Made by a program: the position numbers and the translations under genes. The notes under the pieces were generated by a model. The model was not told where the DNA came from. It ran no database searches and saw only the letters and a program-made list of their open reading frames with translations. A stretch of 64,000 nucleotides of DNA. It comes from Candidatus Poribacteria bacterium (GTDB taxonomy: Bacteria > Poribacteria > WGA-4E > WGA-3G). This document shows, piece by piece, positions 11,401 through 20,348 of the stretch (position 1 is the first letter of the stretch; every line of letters begins with the position of its first letter). The stretch spans positions 4,224,001 through 4,288,000 of the forward strand of contig OZ244048.1 in the NCBI GenBank assembly GCA_965215265.1, in the 5' to 3' direction.

Positions 11401-11505
11401 ACTTACGACCGGTACGGCATTCCGCTGAACAATAAAAAGCATTCAACACCGCTATCGTGGAGCGCACCTCGGCAGATAATGCTCGGCGTAAGCTTAGACT
11501 TTTAG
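8413..11505 (+). CDS. TonB-dependent receptor with N-terminal carboxypeptidase-regulatory-like domain
   Basis: GKISG..NIPPGKY domain, plug HIRGGR..YLLDGIPIND, GGFNAEHG, GNPDLKPEKT and C-terminal ..GVSLDF. The extension from 8326 is repeat-derived, so the start was moved to ATG 8413 (exact start uncertain). Confidence 0.9.
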   Translation: MQTDGVLVSQKGCPKQHLQARLVSRSALDFLCILSIVICVLIVGTTRTSASVTGKISGIVTTVSGTSTSGAIEKAEVPLRNVTITLLGTSSTAQTNQNGYYVLTNIPPGKYDVKAERVGYRSATLSNARVLAGLTTTLDFTLEAAAVELEGITVTAAKPLIKQDVTQTTRIIESEDIAAMPRDTVNGIIATQAGISVLNSSGTLHIRGGRTMEVKYLLDGIPINDPIGRSIGTHITTNSLEQMEIITGGFNAEHGDAQSGIINLITKTGGQRFSGRIRYRTGQWASHHGDPIYAPWRNPDEGFRPEALAPFRGIFIGKPYDYQKPYRGEDVTVGELARQEGSSRVIFTEIIPGIYADRTQNPLLPIIDQKTGKPKVDSNTGETVMARQPYKDTDGTLIDYEKKQVTLLDGYQVDLNQYRGLFNETKDYDLSPSHIGEFAFSGPIWQNRLTFAFASQLRRNESYLPRDNASGYTLQGKIKFELTRNIKLTASALLDTRESTFYGGSLRFLPSAIPIGNREAQSLSFQLSHNINSGTFYRLTFGRFDRHFESHQPDKWWDPLNKNFDENAWDPNKSFEQNQAEGRIRNPTQQAYNDTNYFIAGDDNSWTTRNSTTNILKAVFASQLTENHLIQTGTEFSVDNIYNLGTTNWGQSNLYMEFYDVTPRLFSVYAQDKMEYAGMIVNAGVRYDLYEPDGASPADPLDPLELNPDGTVKLDKTVYKVGLPIIKNPVAASVKHMLSPRLGISFPITESAKLHFTYGHYYQIPQGDDLYENLNFDIRGAIRRRGNPDLKPEKTIAYEVGVAHQITRDLTAELTGFNKNINNLVDSIHVDITNDYSYFINNTYGRVQGFELMLRKWRTAHNSISGMLSYTYSVAKGKGSSRNLGYLTYYRQQPEVTESHPLAWDQRHVVSALLDIQLPYNFAINLIAKYGSGLPYTPNPSAPIKPDINSKRYPPTYNVDALISKKSRIGGLTYTFFADIRNVFNTKNLFDLIDPVTYDRYGIPLNNKKHSTPLSWSAPRQIMLGVSLDF

Positions 11506-11510
11506 CATAA

Positions 11511-11943
11511 TTTCGTATTTTTGTATATTTCCGTACCATCATCGCTGATGTTTTGATGGCTCGTGTTGTAAAGTTATTAACATTGCAGTGGCAGGATAGG
11601 TATTCTGCCATCTATAGATTTTGATAACCTTAGCACAAATCTCGCCGGAAACTACTTAAGGCATAGTCTTTAAAGTCAAAGCATAAACGGCTCAGGCGAG
11701 ATTTACACACGAGTACTCATGACATAAGCGTCGATGGTACGGAGATATACGAAAAAAGCATTGTGGGGCTCCAGTATACAAAAAGGCGAGATTTACACAC
11801 GAGCGATCAAAACAGAAGCAGTGATGGTACGGAGATATACAATAATACGAAAATATGATTCATAGCATCGAAAACCTCCGACGAGATTTACACAGTGATT
11901 AACATGACATCAGCCTTTTTACGGGCTCCTGTATACAAAAAAA
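11511..11943. repeat. Foldback-repeat locus 4: complex cluster of arms and core, overlapping the start of the next CDS
   Basis: A reverse arm follows the stop at 11505, then a reversed core and three or more forward arms. Confidence 0.9.
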
Positions 11944-13706
11944 CGGAAATAATCCTGTTCTGTATTCTGATTACCTCGGGTACCTTGGTATTGCGGCATC
12001 TTGCACACAATGGGATTACCTATTGGGACGAAGGATTTCACGCGATTGTCGCTCGGAATTTGACGAAACACCCGCTCAAATTCACCCTCTACGATCAACC
12101 TTGGCTGCCTTATGATTACAAAGGGTGGGGAGAAAACCATATCTGGTTGCATAAACCGCCTGTCGCGATGTGGGCAATCTGCCTTTCTCATTTCATTTTT
12201 GGTATCAACACCTTCGCGCTCCGGTTGCCTTCTGCCATCAGTCTCATTGTGACGGTGTGGCTGACATTCCGCATTGCTTCGGATCTTTTCGATCAACGTG
12301 CAGGGCTCATCGCCGCATTCCTCCACGCCTTCAATCCGTTTCTCTTTGAATCCGTCCACGGATATCGTTATTCAGACCATATCGACATCGCACTGCTACT
12401 CTGGGTTCAGGTTTCGTGTTGGCTGTTGCTACGCGCCATTCGGACAGGCAAACGCAAAAATTACATCCTATCGGGTATTGCGATGGGAATCGCTTACTTG
12501 TCGAAAAGTTACCTCGCCCTCATTACCTTCGGCATCGCATTTGTCGTGTGGCTTGCAGCTCGCCTCAAATTGCTCAAACTTGATAAACAGGTCCGGATAA
12601 CTGACATCTGCCTAAATATTCTCTCTGCAATTGTAACAGTTGCCCCGTGGGTCGGCTACTGTCTCATCCGCTATCCGAAGGAATTCTTATGGGAACACAA
12701 GCGGGTTCTCGACCATCTGAACACTGATGTCGAAAACTGGGGGGCAACGTGGGACCGGCCGCTGTTTGACTACATGCCGCTTTTCTATCCGGCCTTCTAT
12801 GCTGCTGTCATTGCGGCAGTACTCTGCTTGATAGTAGTTCTGTTCAAACGCAGGAAACTCCCCGAATTTTTTGTGTTGGCGTGGGGTATCGGGGTTATTG
12901 TCCCGCACACGCTCGCTGAAACCAAAACCCCGTCTGCGACGATGATTGCCCTGCCACCGCTGCTGATCTGTTTAGCAGCAGTCATCAGCCGGGCATGGCA
13001 GCGGAAGGATTGGCTCTACACCGCAATCTGGAGCGCAGCGATGGGCTCGATAACTCTAATTTCAGGGGGACGTTCCCTTGTTAAAAGTCGAGACCAGTTT
13101 GATAAACTCCCAGAAATTGCGCCTTTCATCCGGACAAACTTTTGGATTGTTGAACAACTCATCGGATTTGGGGTGCTCCTGGCCGTTTTCGCTGGAGGAT
13201 ATCTGCTAATTCATCACATTTCGCAAGACACACTTGAAGGCTCCGCGATGCAATCTCAAAAATGGATATGGCACGGACTTCGCACCGCAGCTTTTCTGCT
13301 CGCATTGTTCTATACATTCCAATATTTGAACACAGCCTACCAAGTCACGGAACGGAATTATGCAACGCCATTATACGCGAAAAGCGGGCCGCGGCTCAAA
13401 CGTGAGTTACCAGAAAACGCTTGTCTTTTTCTCGATCATGAACGCGTCGGCGCACATTTTGATCTGATGTACTACGCTGACCGTTCAACTTACCAGATTT
13501 ACAACCAGCACATGAAAGCACCGCGAGATTTCATAAATCAGGCAAAGATAGCGCGAAAGGCAGGCGCAATTCCATATCTTTTCTCTGTCAACGAAACTAA
13601 TTACGATTATCCACTCTTCCTTGAGGGCGAGGTGGAAATTAGCCAAGGCAAGAAGCAACGGTATCGGGTTTTTGAAATTACCGAAATGCACGGATTAGAT
13701 GAATGA
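11904..13706 (+). CDS. ArnT/PMT-like glycosyltransferase (family 39-like) membrane protein
   Basis: WDEGFHAIVARN, HKPP, FALRLPSA and many TM segments. The start codon lies inside a repeat arm. Confidence 0.85.
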   Translation: MTSAFLRAPVYKKTEIILFCILITSGTLVLRHLAHNGITYWDEGFHAIVARNLTKHPLKFTLYDQPWLPYDYKGWGENHIWLHKPPVAMWAICLSHFIFGINTFALRLPSAISLIVTVWLTFRIASDLFDQRAGLIAAFLHAFNPFLFESVHGYRYSDHIDIALLLWVQVSCWLLLRAIRTGKRKNYILSGIAMGIAYLSKSYLALITFGIAFVVWLAARLKLLKLDKQVRITDICLNILSAIVTVAPWVGYCLIRYPKEFLWEHKRVLDHLNTDVENWGATWDRPLFDYMPLFYPAFYAAVIAAVLCLIVVLFKRRKLPEFFVLAWGIGVIVPHTLAETKTPSATMIALPPLLICLAAVISRAWQRKDWLYTAIWSAAMGSITLISGGRSLVKSRDQFDKLPEIAPFIRTNFWIVEQLIGFGVLLAVFAGGYLLIHHISQDTLEGSAMQSQKWIWHGLRTAAFLLALFYTFQYLNTAYQVTERNYATPLYAKSGPRLKRELPENACLFLDHERVGAHFDLMYYADRSTYQIYNQHMKAPRDFINQAKIARKAGAIPYLFSVNETNYDYPLFLEGEVEISQGKKQRYRVFEITEMHGLDE

Positions 13707-13719
13707 CAAGTTGCGACTT

Positions 13720-13975
13720 ATAGCGTCGAAAAACTCCGACGAGATTTTTCGTATATTGCAGCCCGCAACAAGGCTGCTGCTATGCTAAGCCCTTTACAAA
13801 TCTCGCCTGAGCCGTTTATGTTTAGATTTTAAAGACATTACCTAGATAACCTCCGACGAGATTTACACAGTGATTAACATGACATCAGCCTTTTACAGGC
13901 TCCTGTATACAAAAAGACGTGATTTACACACGAGTTATCATTACATACGCGGTGATAGTACGAAGATATACAAAA
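13720..13975. repeat. Foldback-repeat locus 5
   Basis: Left arm at ~13745, core, and two right arms ending 2 nt before ATG 13978. Confidence 0.9.
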
Positions 13976-13977
13976 CT

Positions 13978-16965
13978 ATGAAATTATTACGATACATCCT
14001 CCTATCTGCAGCACTGGCAATAACCGCCCTATCGGTAAGTGCAGACGTAGATTGGAAAGCACTTGATGTAGGCAATCTATCGTCTGCCATTTATAACACA
14101 GCAGTAGTAGGATTTCCTAGCAATCCGACTGCAAACCCGTCAGGATGGTGGCCAGCTGGATCTAACGACTCCTACATTTATGAAGGAAACATCTGGATCG
14201 GCGCGAAGAAAGGCAATCAAATCGGGGTTTCTACATCGGATGGACGGCAAACTGAAATCTGGCCGACAGATGATGTACCAAAAGTTGTTTCAAATAAACC
14301 TGGTACAACAACCACCGGAACCCCGACAAGTCAATCTATTATGTTCAAATGTACCGATATGAATCCCGAGGCAAATCAAGGCTTAATCCTTGGATTAGAA
14401 CTTGAAGTCAACGGATTCCAATGGAGTTATGCCCCTTTGTTCGACTTTTTTGTTTTAGAATACAAAATTAGAAATGTAGGCAACGACATATTGCAAGATG
14501 TCTTCATGGCGTTCCGCTACGATATTGATGTCTCTAGCAACGAAACCGGTACAGCGAGTTACTCAGCCGATGATTTCGTTGCACTGGACCCGACTCCGGA
14601 TGCACTTAACCCCCAGGCACACCCGAATCGCTACCTCTCTTATGGGTTCTCTAACGCCTCTGCCCCAGGTTACATCGGGTTGCGCGCATTGGATGCCTAT
14701 TTTGGCGATGATGCACACAACCCTAGCGCCAAAATCCCTTTCACCGCACACAAAAGGATTACCATCTCCACAGATCCGACGACCGACGCGGAAATGTACG
14801 CCTTAATCAGCACCCCCGGGATTGACCCCCTTCCCGCAAACTACGACGATCAACGGTTTATCCAGTCTTACGGCCCAGTCGAATCTTTGGCACCCGGAGA
14901 AGAGTTCAACATCATTATCGTTGTCGCCATCGGCGCAGGCCTTAACGGACTGCAAGCCTCTTCGGATTGGGCACAAAAACTATACGACGATGCCTATGTC
15001 GCGCCCGCACCACCACCATCGCCTCAGGTGACTGCCTACCCCGGAGACCGAAAGGTCACCCTAGTTTGGGACAGTGCGAAACTCTGGGTTGACAACGGTG
15101 CCAACAAAAGCATTGAAGAATATGTCGATGCCACGGATCCAGAGAAAATTTTTGAAGGTTATAGAGTTTACCGGCGAGCAACCTCTTATCATACAGCTAC
15201 CGGGAACCCTGTTAAAGACTGGCAAATGCTTGCTGAATTCGACAAGCCTAGCACGACCGGCAATTTCTTCACAGTATCACATGTTGGCAAACTGTCAGAT
15301 ACTACTATCGCCAGCCTTGGAGATGAACCCCACTTTGCTGATTTCTTCAAAAATGCAGTTTACATTATCAAATTTAATTCCAGTACAACCTTCGAACTGA
15401 TTAATACAACCTTGTGGGAAGTCATGGAGTATAATTCACAGTTTCCACAAGACGGAAGTGGATATGCTGTCCTGAAAGACTTTGATACCGGTGAACCTTA
15501 CCCGGATGGCACTTACCGTTCTGATGCACCGATCTATTTTGGCGGGTTGTACGTGCAAATCACAGATGGGCCTTCAGCCCCCCCCACAGCAGGCGACATT
15601 TTCCGTATCGTTTCCACACCGTCGCAGGCACTAGGAGAAGATTTAGGTATCAAGAACTTTTACACCGACGAAGGACTCACGAACGGACTGCAATACACCT
15701 ATGCCGTTACCTCTTTTGATACAGGAAATCCAAAAACCGGGCTCATAGCAATGGAGAGTAGCCAGATCGAGACGATGGTTCACGTTACTCCTCGCGCGCA
15801 ACCCGCTGGCCATCGAGAGGCAACAGCTGAAATTATAGAACTATCCTCCTCGCGAATCGGAACTGTCACCATTGAACCGATGCTCCTCGTCCCAAAGGAA
15901 ATTACAGGACATCAATACAAAATCGTCTGGCATGGCGCGAAACAGACAGGCCCCGGCGCATACATCACAGGTCCCGGCTATCAGCCGCCAACTTATGACA
16001 TCGTTGACATGACAAAAAATCAAAAAGTGGTGGAAAATCAGCCTTTTGAGTGGTACGATCCGATTAACCAAACCGCGGTTGAAGTCCTCTCCCCCATGTT
16101 TGATGGAATCGTCTTGAAAATAACGGGCGTTGATGTCTCCTATGACAGTTCAAACGAAAACCCAATTAACGAGGTTAAGTTGGTGGACGGCACCGTAACA
16201 GGCTGGTCTGTGGATATCCAATCGCCCGGTGTCGGCGAGAATACATGGCCGAATGTCTTCTGGGCTACGTATTACCGCCCCCATACGTATTCGATTGCGT
16301 TTATTGACGATACGCATGTCAAAGTAGTTGACGAAGATACAGGAGAGGAGATTGAATTTAACGAGCGGCGTGCCGACGGTTACGCAATCCTCACGGGGAC
16401 CGGGTGGAGCGACGAATATGTTCGCGCAGACACACCGGATTACTTCCGAATTTTCATCCGCGGCGGCTATGTATACATAAAAGATCCGAATCAGGAAATT
16501 TCCGCAGGCGACATCTTCCATGTTGAGATGCGTGGAGTCAGCGCACCACAGGATGGCGATGAAATGCTGCTCGCAACGCTAGCGGAAACGCTGTTATCAG
16601 AAAACATTGAGGCAGAGCTCGGGAAGATACGCGTTGTCCCAAATCCTTACCTCGTCACCAATAGAGCCGTCACTGCCGAAGGAACCGATAAAATCTTTTT
16701 CACACATCTACCACCGCGGTGTACCATTCGTATCTATACGTTAGCAGGTGAGTTGGTGCGAGAAATTGAACATGAACACACCACGCCCTTTAGCCCTCAT
16801 GAACGTTTCGCGCAAGGAGACCGGGGCGGCACCGCAGAATTTGCAATCCTCAACCGCCATAACCAGGCACTTGCAAGCGGTATCTATATTTACCACGTTG
16901 AAGCACGTGATGAAAGCAACACCGTTGTCGGTAATAAAATCGGTCGGTTCGCAATCATTCGATAA
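13978..16965 (+). CDS. Large secreted protein with FN3-like segment and T9SS/FlgD-like C-terminal domain
   Basis: Signal peptide MKLLRYILLSAALAITALSVSA; PPPSPQV..GDRKVTLVWD..FEGYRVYR; C-terminal VVPNPY..IFFTHLP..IRIYTLAGELVR..ASGIYIYHV..RFAIIR. Confidence 0.8.
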   Translation: MKLLRYILLSAALAITALSVSADVDWKALDVGNLSSAIYNTAVVGFPSNPTANPSGWWPAGSNDSYIYEGNIWIGAKKGNQIGVSTSDGRQTEIWPTDDVPKVVSNKPGTTTTGTPTSQSIMFKCTDMNPEANQGLILGLELEVNGFQWSYAPLFDFFVLEYKIRNVGNDILQDVFMAFRYDIDVSSNETGTASYSADDFVALDPTPDALNPQAHPNRYLSYGFSNASAPGYIGLRALDAYFGDDAHNPSAKIPFTAHKRITISTDPTTDAEMYALISTPGIDPLPANYDDQRFIQSYGPVESLAPGEEFNIIIVVAIGAGLNGLQASSDWAQKLYDDAYVAPAPPPSPQVTAYPGDRKVTLVWDSAKLWVDNGANKSIEEYVDATDPEKIFEGYRVYRRATSYHTATGNPVKDWQMLAEFDKPSTTGNFFTVSHVGKLSDTTIASLGDEPHFADFFKNAVYIIKFNSSTTFELINTTLWEVMEYNSQFPQDGSGYAVLKDFDTGEPYPDGTYRSDAPIYFGGLYVQITDGPSAPPTAGDIFRIVSTPSQALGEDLGIKNFYTDEGLTNGLQYTYAVTSFDTGNPKTGLIAMESSQIETMVHVTPRAQPAGHREATAEIIELSSSRIGTVTIEPMLLVPKEITGHQYKIVWHGAKQTGPGAYITGPGYQPPTYDIVDMTKNQKVVENQPFEWYDPINQTAVEVLSPMFDGIVLKITGVDVSYDSSNENPINEVKLVDGTVTGWSVDIQSPGVGENTWPNVFWATYYRPHTYSIAFIDDTHVKVVDEDTGEEIEFNERRADGYAILTGTGWSDEYVRADTPDYFRIFIRGGYVYIKDPNQEISAGDIFHVEMRGVSAPQDGDEMLLATLAETLLSENIEAELGKIRVVPNPYLVTNRAVTAEGTDKIFFTHLPPRCTIRIYTLAGELVREIEHEHTTPFSPHERFAQGDRGGTAEFAILNRHNQALASGIYIYHVEARDESNTVVGNKIGRFAIIR

Positions 16966-16969
16966 TTGA

Positions 16970-17451
16970 TTTTATGAATACCTTAGCACAAATCTCGTTC
17001 TTTCGTCTACAGGAGCCCGATACAAGGCTGCTGCAATGTTAAAACCTGTGAAAATCTCGCCGGAGCCGTCTGGTGCTTTGATTTTTAAAGACATACTCCG
17101 ACGAGATGTACGCAGTGATTGACACAACATCAGGCATTGTGGGGCTTCAGTATACAAAAAGACGAGATGTACACAGTGATTGACACAACATCAGGCGTTG
17201 ATGGGCTGACATATACGAAAAAACATCAGGCGTTGTGGGGCTCCAGTATACAAAAAAGACGAGATTTACATCGGAGCGCAAAAACATAACCCTTGATGGT
17301 ACGGAGATAGACAAAAAACGGATTTAACAAGACATAACCCTTGATGGGGCTGAAATAGACAAAAAAAATGATTCAATACATAAACGGCTCCGACGAGATT
17401 TACACACGAATCAGCAAAGCAGCAGCGATGATGGTACTGAAATATACGAAT
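16970..17451. repeat. Foldback-repeat locus 6: left arms, core and about six right arms or partial arms
   Basis: Repeated CGAGAT[G/T]TAC..TATAC[A/G]AAAA blocks; the last arm runs into the PorV-like CDS. Confidence 0.9.
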
Positions 17452-18501
17452 TATATTCTTTTATTTTCGCTTATGTTTTTAGGCATCGCACCTACTAACG
17501 CAGTAACCAACGTCGGTACTGCAGGGGCCCAATTTTTGAAGATTGGACCCGGTGCACGGGTAGACAGTTTGGGTGGTGCGTTCAGTGCTATCGCAAATGA
17601 TGTCACCACTATCTATTGGAATCCCGCAGGTCTAAGCCAACTAAAAAACACCAGTTTTTCTGATACACATATCACTTGGCTTGCCGACATTCGCTATAAC
17701 TATCTCGCTTTTGCCACTCCAATAGAAAAAGTCGGCACCTTGGGAGCAAGCGTCACATTCCTCAACGTTCCCGATATGGAAATTACAACCTTGGCAAAGC
17801 CAGATGGCACCGGGCTCTGGTTCTCCGCCTGGGATGCTGCGCTCTCTTTAGCGTATTCCAGGCAGTTATACGAAAAAGAATCCGGCGTGAAGTTATCATT
17901 TGGTATCAATGCCAAATACATCCATCAGCATATCTATAGAGAAAGTGCTAGAGGTGTCGCGCTTGATGTCGGCACCTTATACCATACCGGCTGGCGAAGT
18001 TTAAGAATCGGCATGGCATTTTCAAATTTTGGACCGGAAATGCGTTTCAGTGGGCCAAATCTTAAAACCGGGGCTGAGATAGCCGGCGACGCGAGAAACG
18101 CCGACTATCGTCCTTATCCAGAAACAACCAATCCAACGCGAAAGGCAGAATTAGAAACCACAGAATTTCCGCTGCCCTCTAACTTCCGCCTTGGCATCGC
18201 CTACAATTTAGTCAATACGGAAGACAATCTACTTACCCTGGCGATTGATGCAAATCACCCCAATGACAATAGCGAGCGGCTCAACTTAGGAATAGAATAT
18301 TGGTTTAAAAAGATGGCCGCAATTCGCGCCGGTTACAAACTTAGATTGGGCCCTGAATGGCGAGATGACGAGGAAGGGTTAACATGTGGTTTAGGCATCC
18401 ATCTAAATGTTGCTGCAACTCTGCTTTCTCTTGACTATGCCTTCGCCGATTTTGGCCATCTACAGCAAGCGCACCGCGTCAGTTTAGGATTGACATTCTA
18501 A
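17428..18501 (+). CDS. PorV/UPF0164-family outer-membrane beta-barrel protein
   Basis: AQFLKIGPGAR...GGAF.AIAND...YWNPAGL N-terminal motif; C-terminal HRVSLGLTF. Start is at 17368, 17428 or 17431, all repeat-associated. Confidence 0.85.
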   Translation: MMVLKYTNYILLFSLMFLGIAPTNAVTNVGTAGAQFLKIGPGARVDSLGGAFSAIANDVTTIYWNPAGLSQLKNTSFSDTHITWLADIRYNYLAFATPIEKVGTLGASVTFLNVPDMEITTLAKPDGTGLWFSAWDAALSLAYSRQLYEKESGVKLSFGINAKYIHQHIYRESARGVALDVGTLYHTGWRSLRIGMAFSNFGPEMRFSGPNLKTGAEIAGDARNADYRPYPETTNPTRKAELETTEFPLPSNFRLGIAYNLVNTEDNLLTLAIDANHPNDNSERLNLGIEYWFKKMAAIRAGYKLRLGPEWRDDEEGLTCGLGIHLNVAATLLSLDYAFADFGHLQQAHRVSLGLTF

Positions 18502-18517
18502 ATTTTGCGGCTTTGAA

Positions 18518-18661
18518 TTTTTGCCTACAGGAGCCCGTTAAAAGGTTGCTGCAATGCTAAGTCCTTTATAAATCGGAGTTGACACAACATAACCTTTGAT
18601 GGTACAGAGATATACGAAAGATCAAAATCATAAGCGGCGATGGTACGGAGATATACAAAAA
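18518..18661. repeat. Foldback-repeat locus 7
   Basis: Left arm CTACAGGAGCCC..GCTGCAATG plus two partial right arms GATGGTAC.GAGATATAC.AAA. Confidence 0.85.
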
Positions 18662-18675
18662 GAAGGATATCAACT

Positions 18676-20091
18676 ATGACAGACAAACCGAACATTGTTT
18701 ACCTCCTCGCAGACCAAATTCGGGCGTGTTCGTTGCCAGCGTACGGTGAAACGCAGATTGAAACCCCACACATCGACAAACTTGCACAGCAAGGCACCCT
18801 CTTTTCCAATGCCATTGCGACGGCTCCAGTTTGCACACCCTATCGCTCTATGCTCTTGACAGGCCGCCATCCACAGACGACAGGGCATCTCATTAATTTT
18901 GTCAAAACCCGCCACGATGAAATCGGTATCGGTGATGTTTTTAGCCGCAACGGCTACCAGACAGCATGGATAGGTAAATGGCACCTCCACACCGGTTCGT
19001 TTCCTGAAATTGGCGGACGGGATTACGTCCCCGAAGGACGCGACCGGCTCGGATTCCAACATTGGCGCGGTTACAATTTCCACACCGACTATTTCAACGG
19101 CACAGTTAATCTTGACAATTGGCAAAACGAAAGATGGAACGGCTACGAGACGAACGCACTTAACCGATACGCCTTTCAGTTTATGGATAACTTGCATGAC
19201 GATGCACCGTTCTGCTTGTTCATCTCACCGCACCAAGCGCACTTCACACCCTACGAATTTGCACCGCAAGAATACTATGAGCGGCTGCCCCCGCAACTCC
19301 ACTTACCCGATAACGTACCAGATTCAATTCGCACAGAGGCGCTACAGATTTACCGGCATTACCTCGCCATGACGTTAACTGTAGATGATATGCTCGGGGA
19401 ATTAATGGCCTACCTTGAAAGAAGCGGACGTGTTGAAAATACGCTGCTAATTCTCGGGTCGGACCACGGCACACAAGGTGGCGCGCAAGGCATCAATTTC
19501 TGGGCAAAAAAGCAGCCCTACGAGGAATCTATCAAAGTTCCACTGATGATGCGCCTACCCGGCGTTTTTGACGCGGGCAGCGTCTGCGATACCCTCATAT
19601 CACCTGTAGATGTGTTTCCATCTCTTTGTGGTTTATGTGGTATTCGTCCACCTCGTACAATCGAAGGCTATGATTTATCTACCTCATGGCGTGGCGAAGT
19701 GGATGCATTTGAACAGAATGCGCTACTGACAATGAATTTTGGGAAAACCTACGATTATCTTGTCGACGGAGATGAGTGGCGCGGTGTGCGTACAAAAACA
19801 CACAGTTACGCGCAGTGGCTTAACGGCAGACGCGTCCTGTACGACTTACAAGCAGACCCACTACAGTTGACGAATCTCATTGATAGTCCCCAGGCAAAAA
19901 CACTCGCAGACGAAATGGAACACACCCTCTTGAAATTGATGGATGCCCGAAATGACAAACTGCAACCAGCGACAAATTACAAGGATTGGTATGATGCACA
20001 ACGACGCATCGTCCATAATGCCCACGGACCCCTTGGAAATCCTGAAGACAAACCAGACTGGTCACTCTTGCTGAATCCCGTGCATTTTTGA
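18676..20091 (+). CDS. Sulfatase
   Basis: KPNIVYLLADQ, CTPYR (CxPxR), GKWH and SDHG. Confidence 0.92.
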   Translation: MTDKPNIVYLLADQIRACSLPAYGETQIETPHIDKLAQQGTLFSNAIATAPVCTPYRSMLLTGRHPQTTGHLINFVKTRHDEIGIGDVFSRNGYQTAWIGKWHLHTGSFPEIGGRDYVPEGRDRLGFQHWRGYNFHTDYFNGTVNLDNWQNERWNGYETNALNRYAFQFMDNLHDDAPFCLFISPHQAHFTPYEFAPQEYYERLPPQLHLPDNVPDSIRTEALQIYRHYLAMTLTVDDMLGELMAYLERSGRVENTLLILGSDHGTQGGAQGINFWAKKQPYEESIKVPLMMRLPGVFDAGSVCDTLISPVDVFPSLCGLCGIRPPRTIEGYDLSTSWRGEVDAFEQNALLTMNFGKTYDYLVDGDEWRGVRTKTHSYAQWLNGRRVLYDLQADPLQLTNLIDSPQAKTLADEMEHTLLKLMDARNDKLQPATNYKDWYDAQRRIVHNAHGPLGNPEDKPDWSLLLNPVHF

Positions 20092-20276
20092 TAGCAATAT
20101 TGTTAAGTATTCCATCATAAAGCGCACCTGCAAATAATCAGGCGGCTCAATGAAACGTTAACTTCAATCTGTTCCGTTCACTTACATCATTAGAAGCAAG
20201 ACATCCCGCTACCCTAAGTTGACATAGAGTTACACATAAGTTTGCACAGCTCGCACATCTTTTTCTCAAGAAATTC

Positions 20277-20305
20277 TTGATTAAAAAAAGACGTTGTGTT
20301 AAAAT
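20277..20305 (+). promoter_or_regulatory. Putative sigma70 promoter for glyQS
   Basis: TTGATT, 17 bp, TAAAAT. Confidence 0.55.
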
Positions 20306-20348
20306 ATCACTGAATTTCTGAATTGGAGAATACGACTGAAAACAGAAT

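Noticed and set aside
8326-18675. Similar N-terminal peptides (YTKRRDLHT, MINMTSAF) on several ORFs as a shared protein targeting motif
   Set aside because: They are translations of repeat arms. For the ORFs at 8326, 13870 and 18640 better downstream starts exist.
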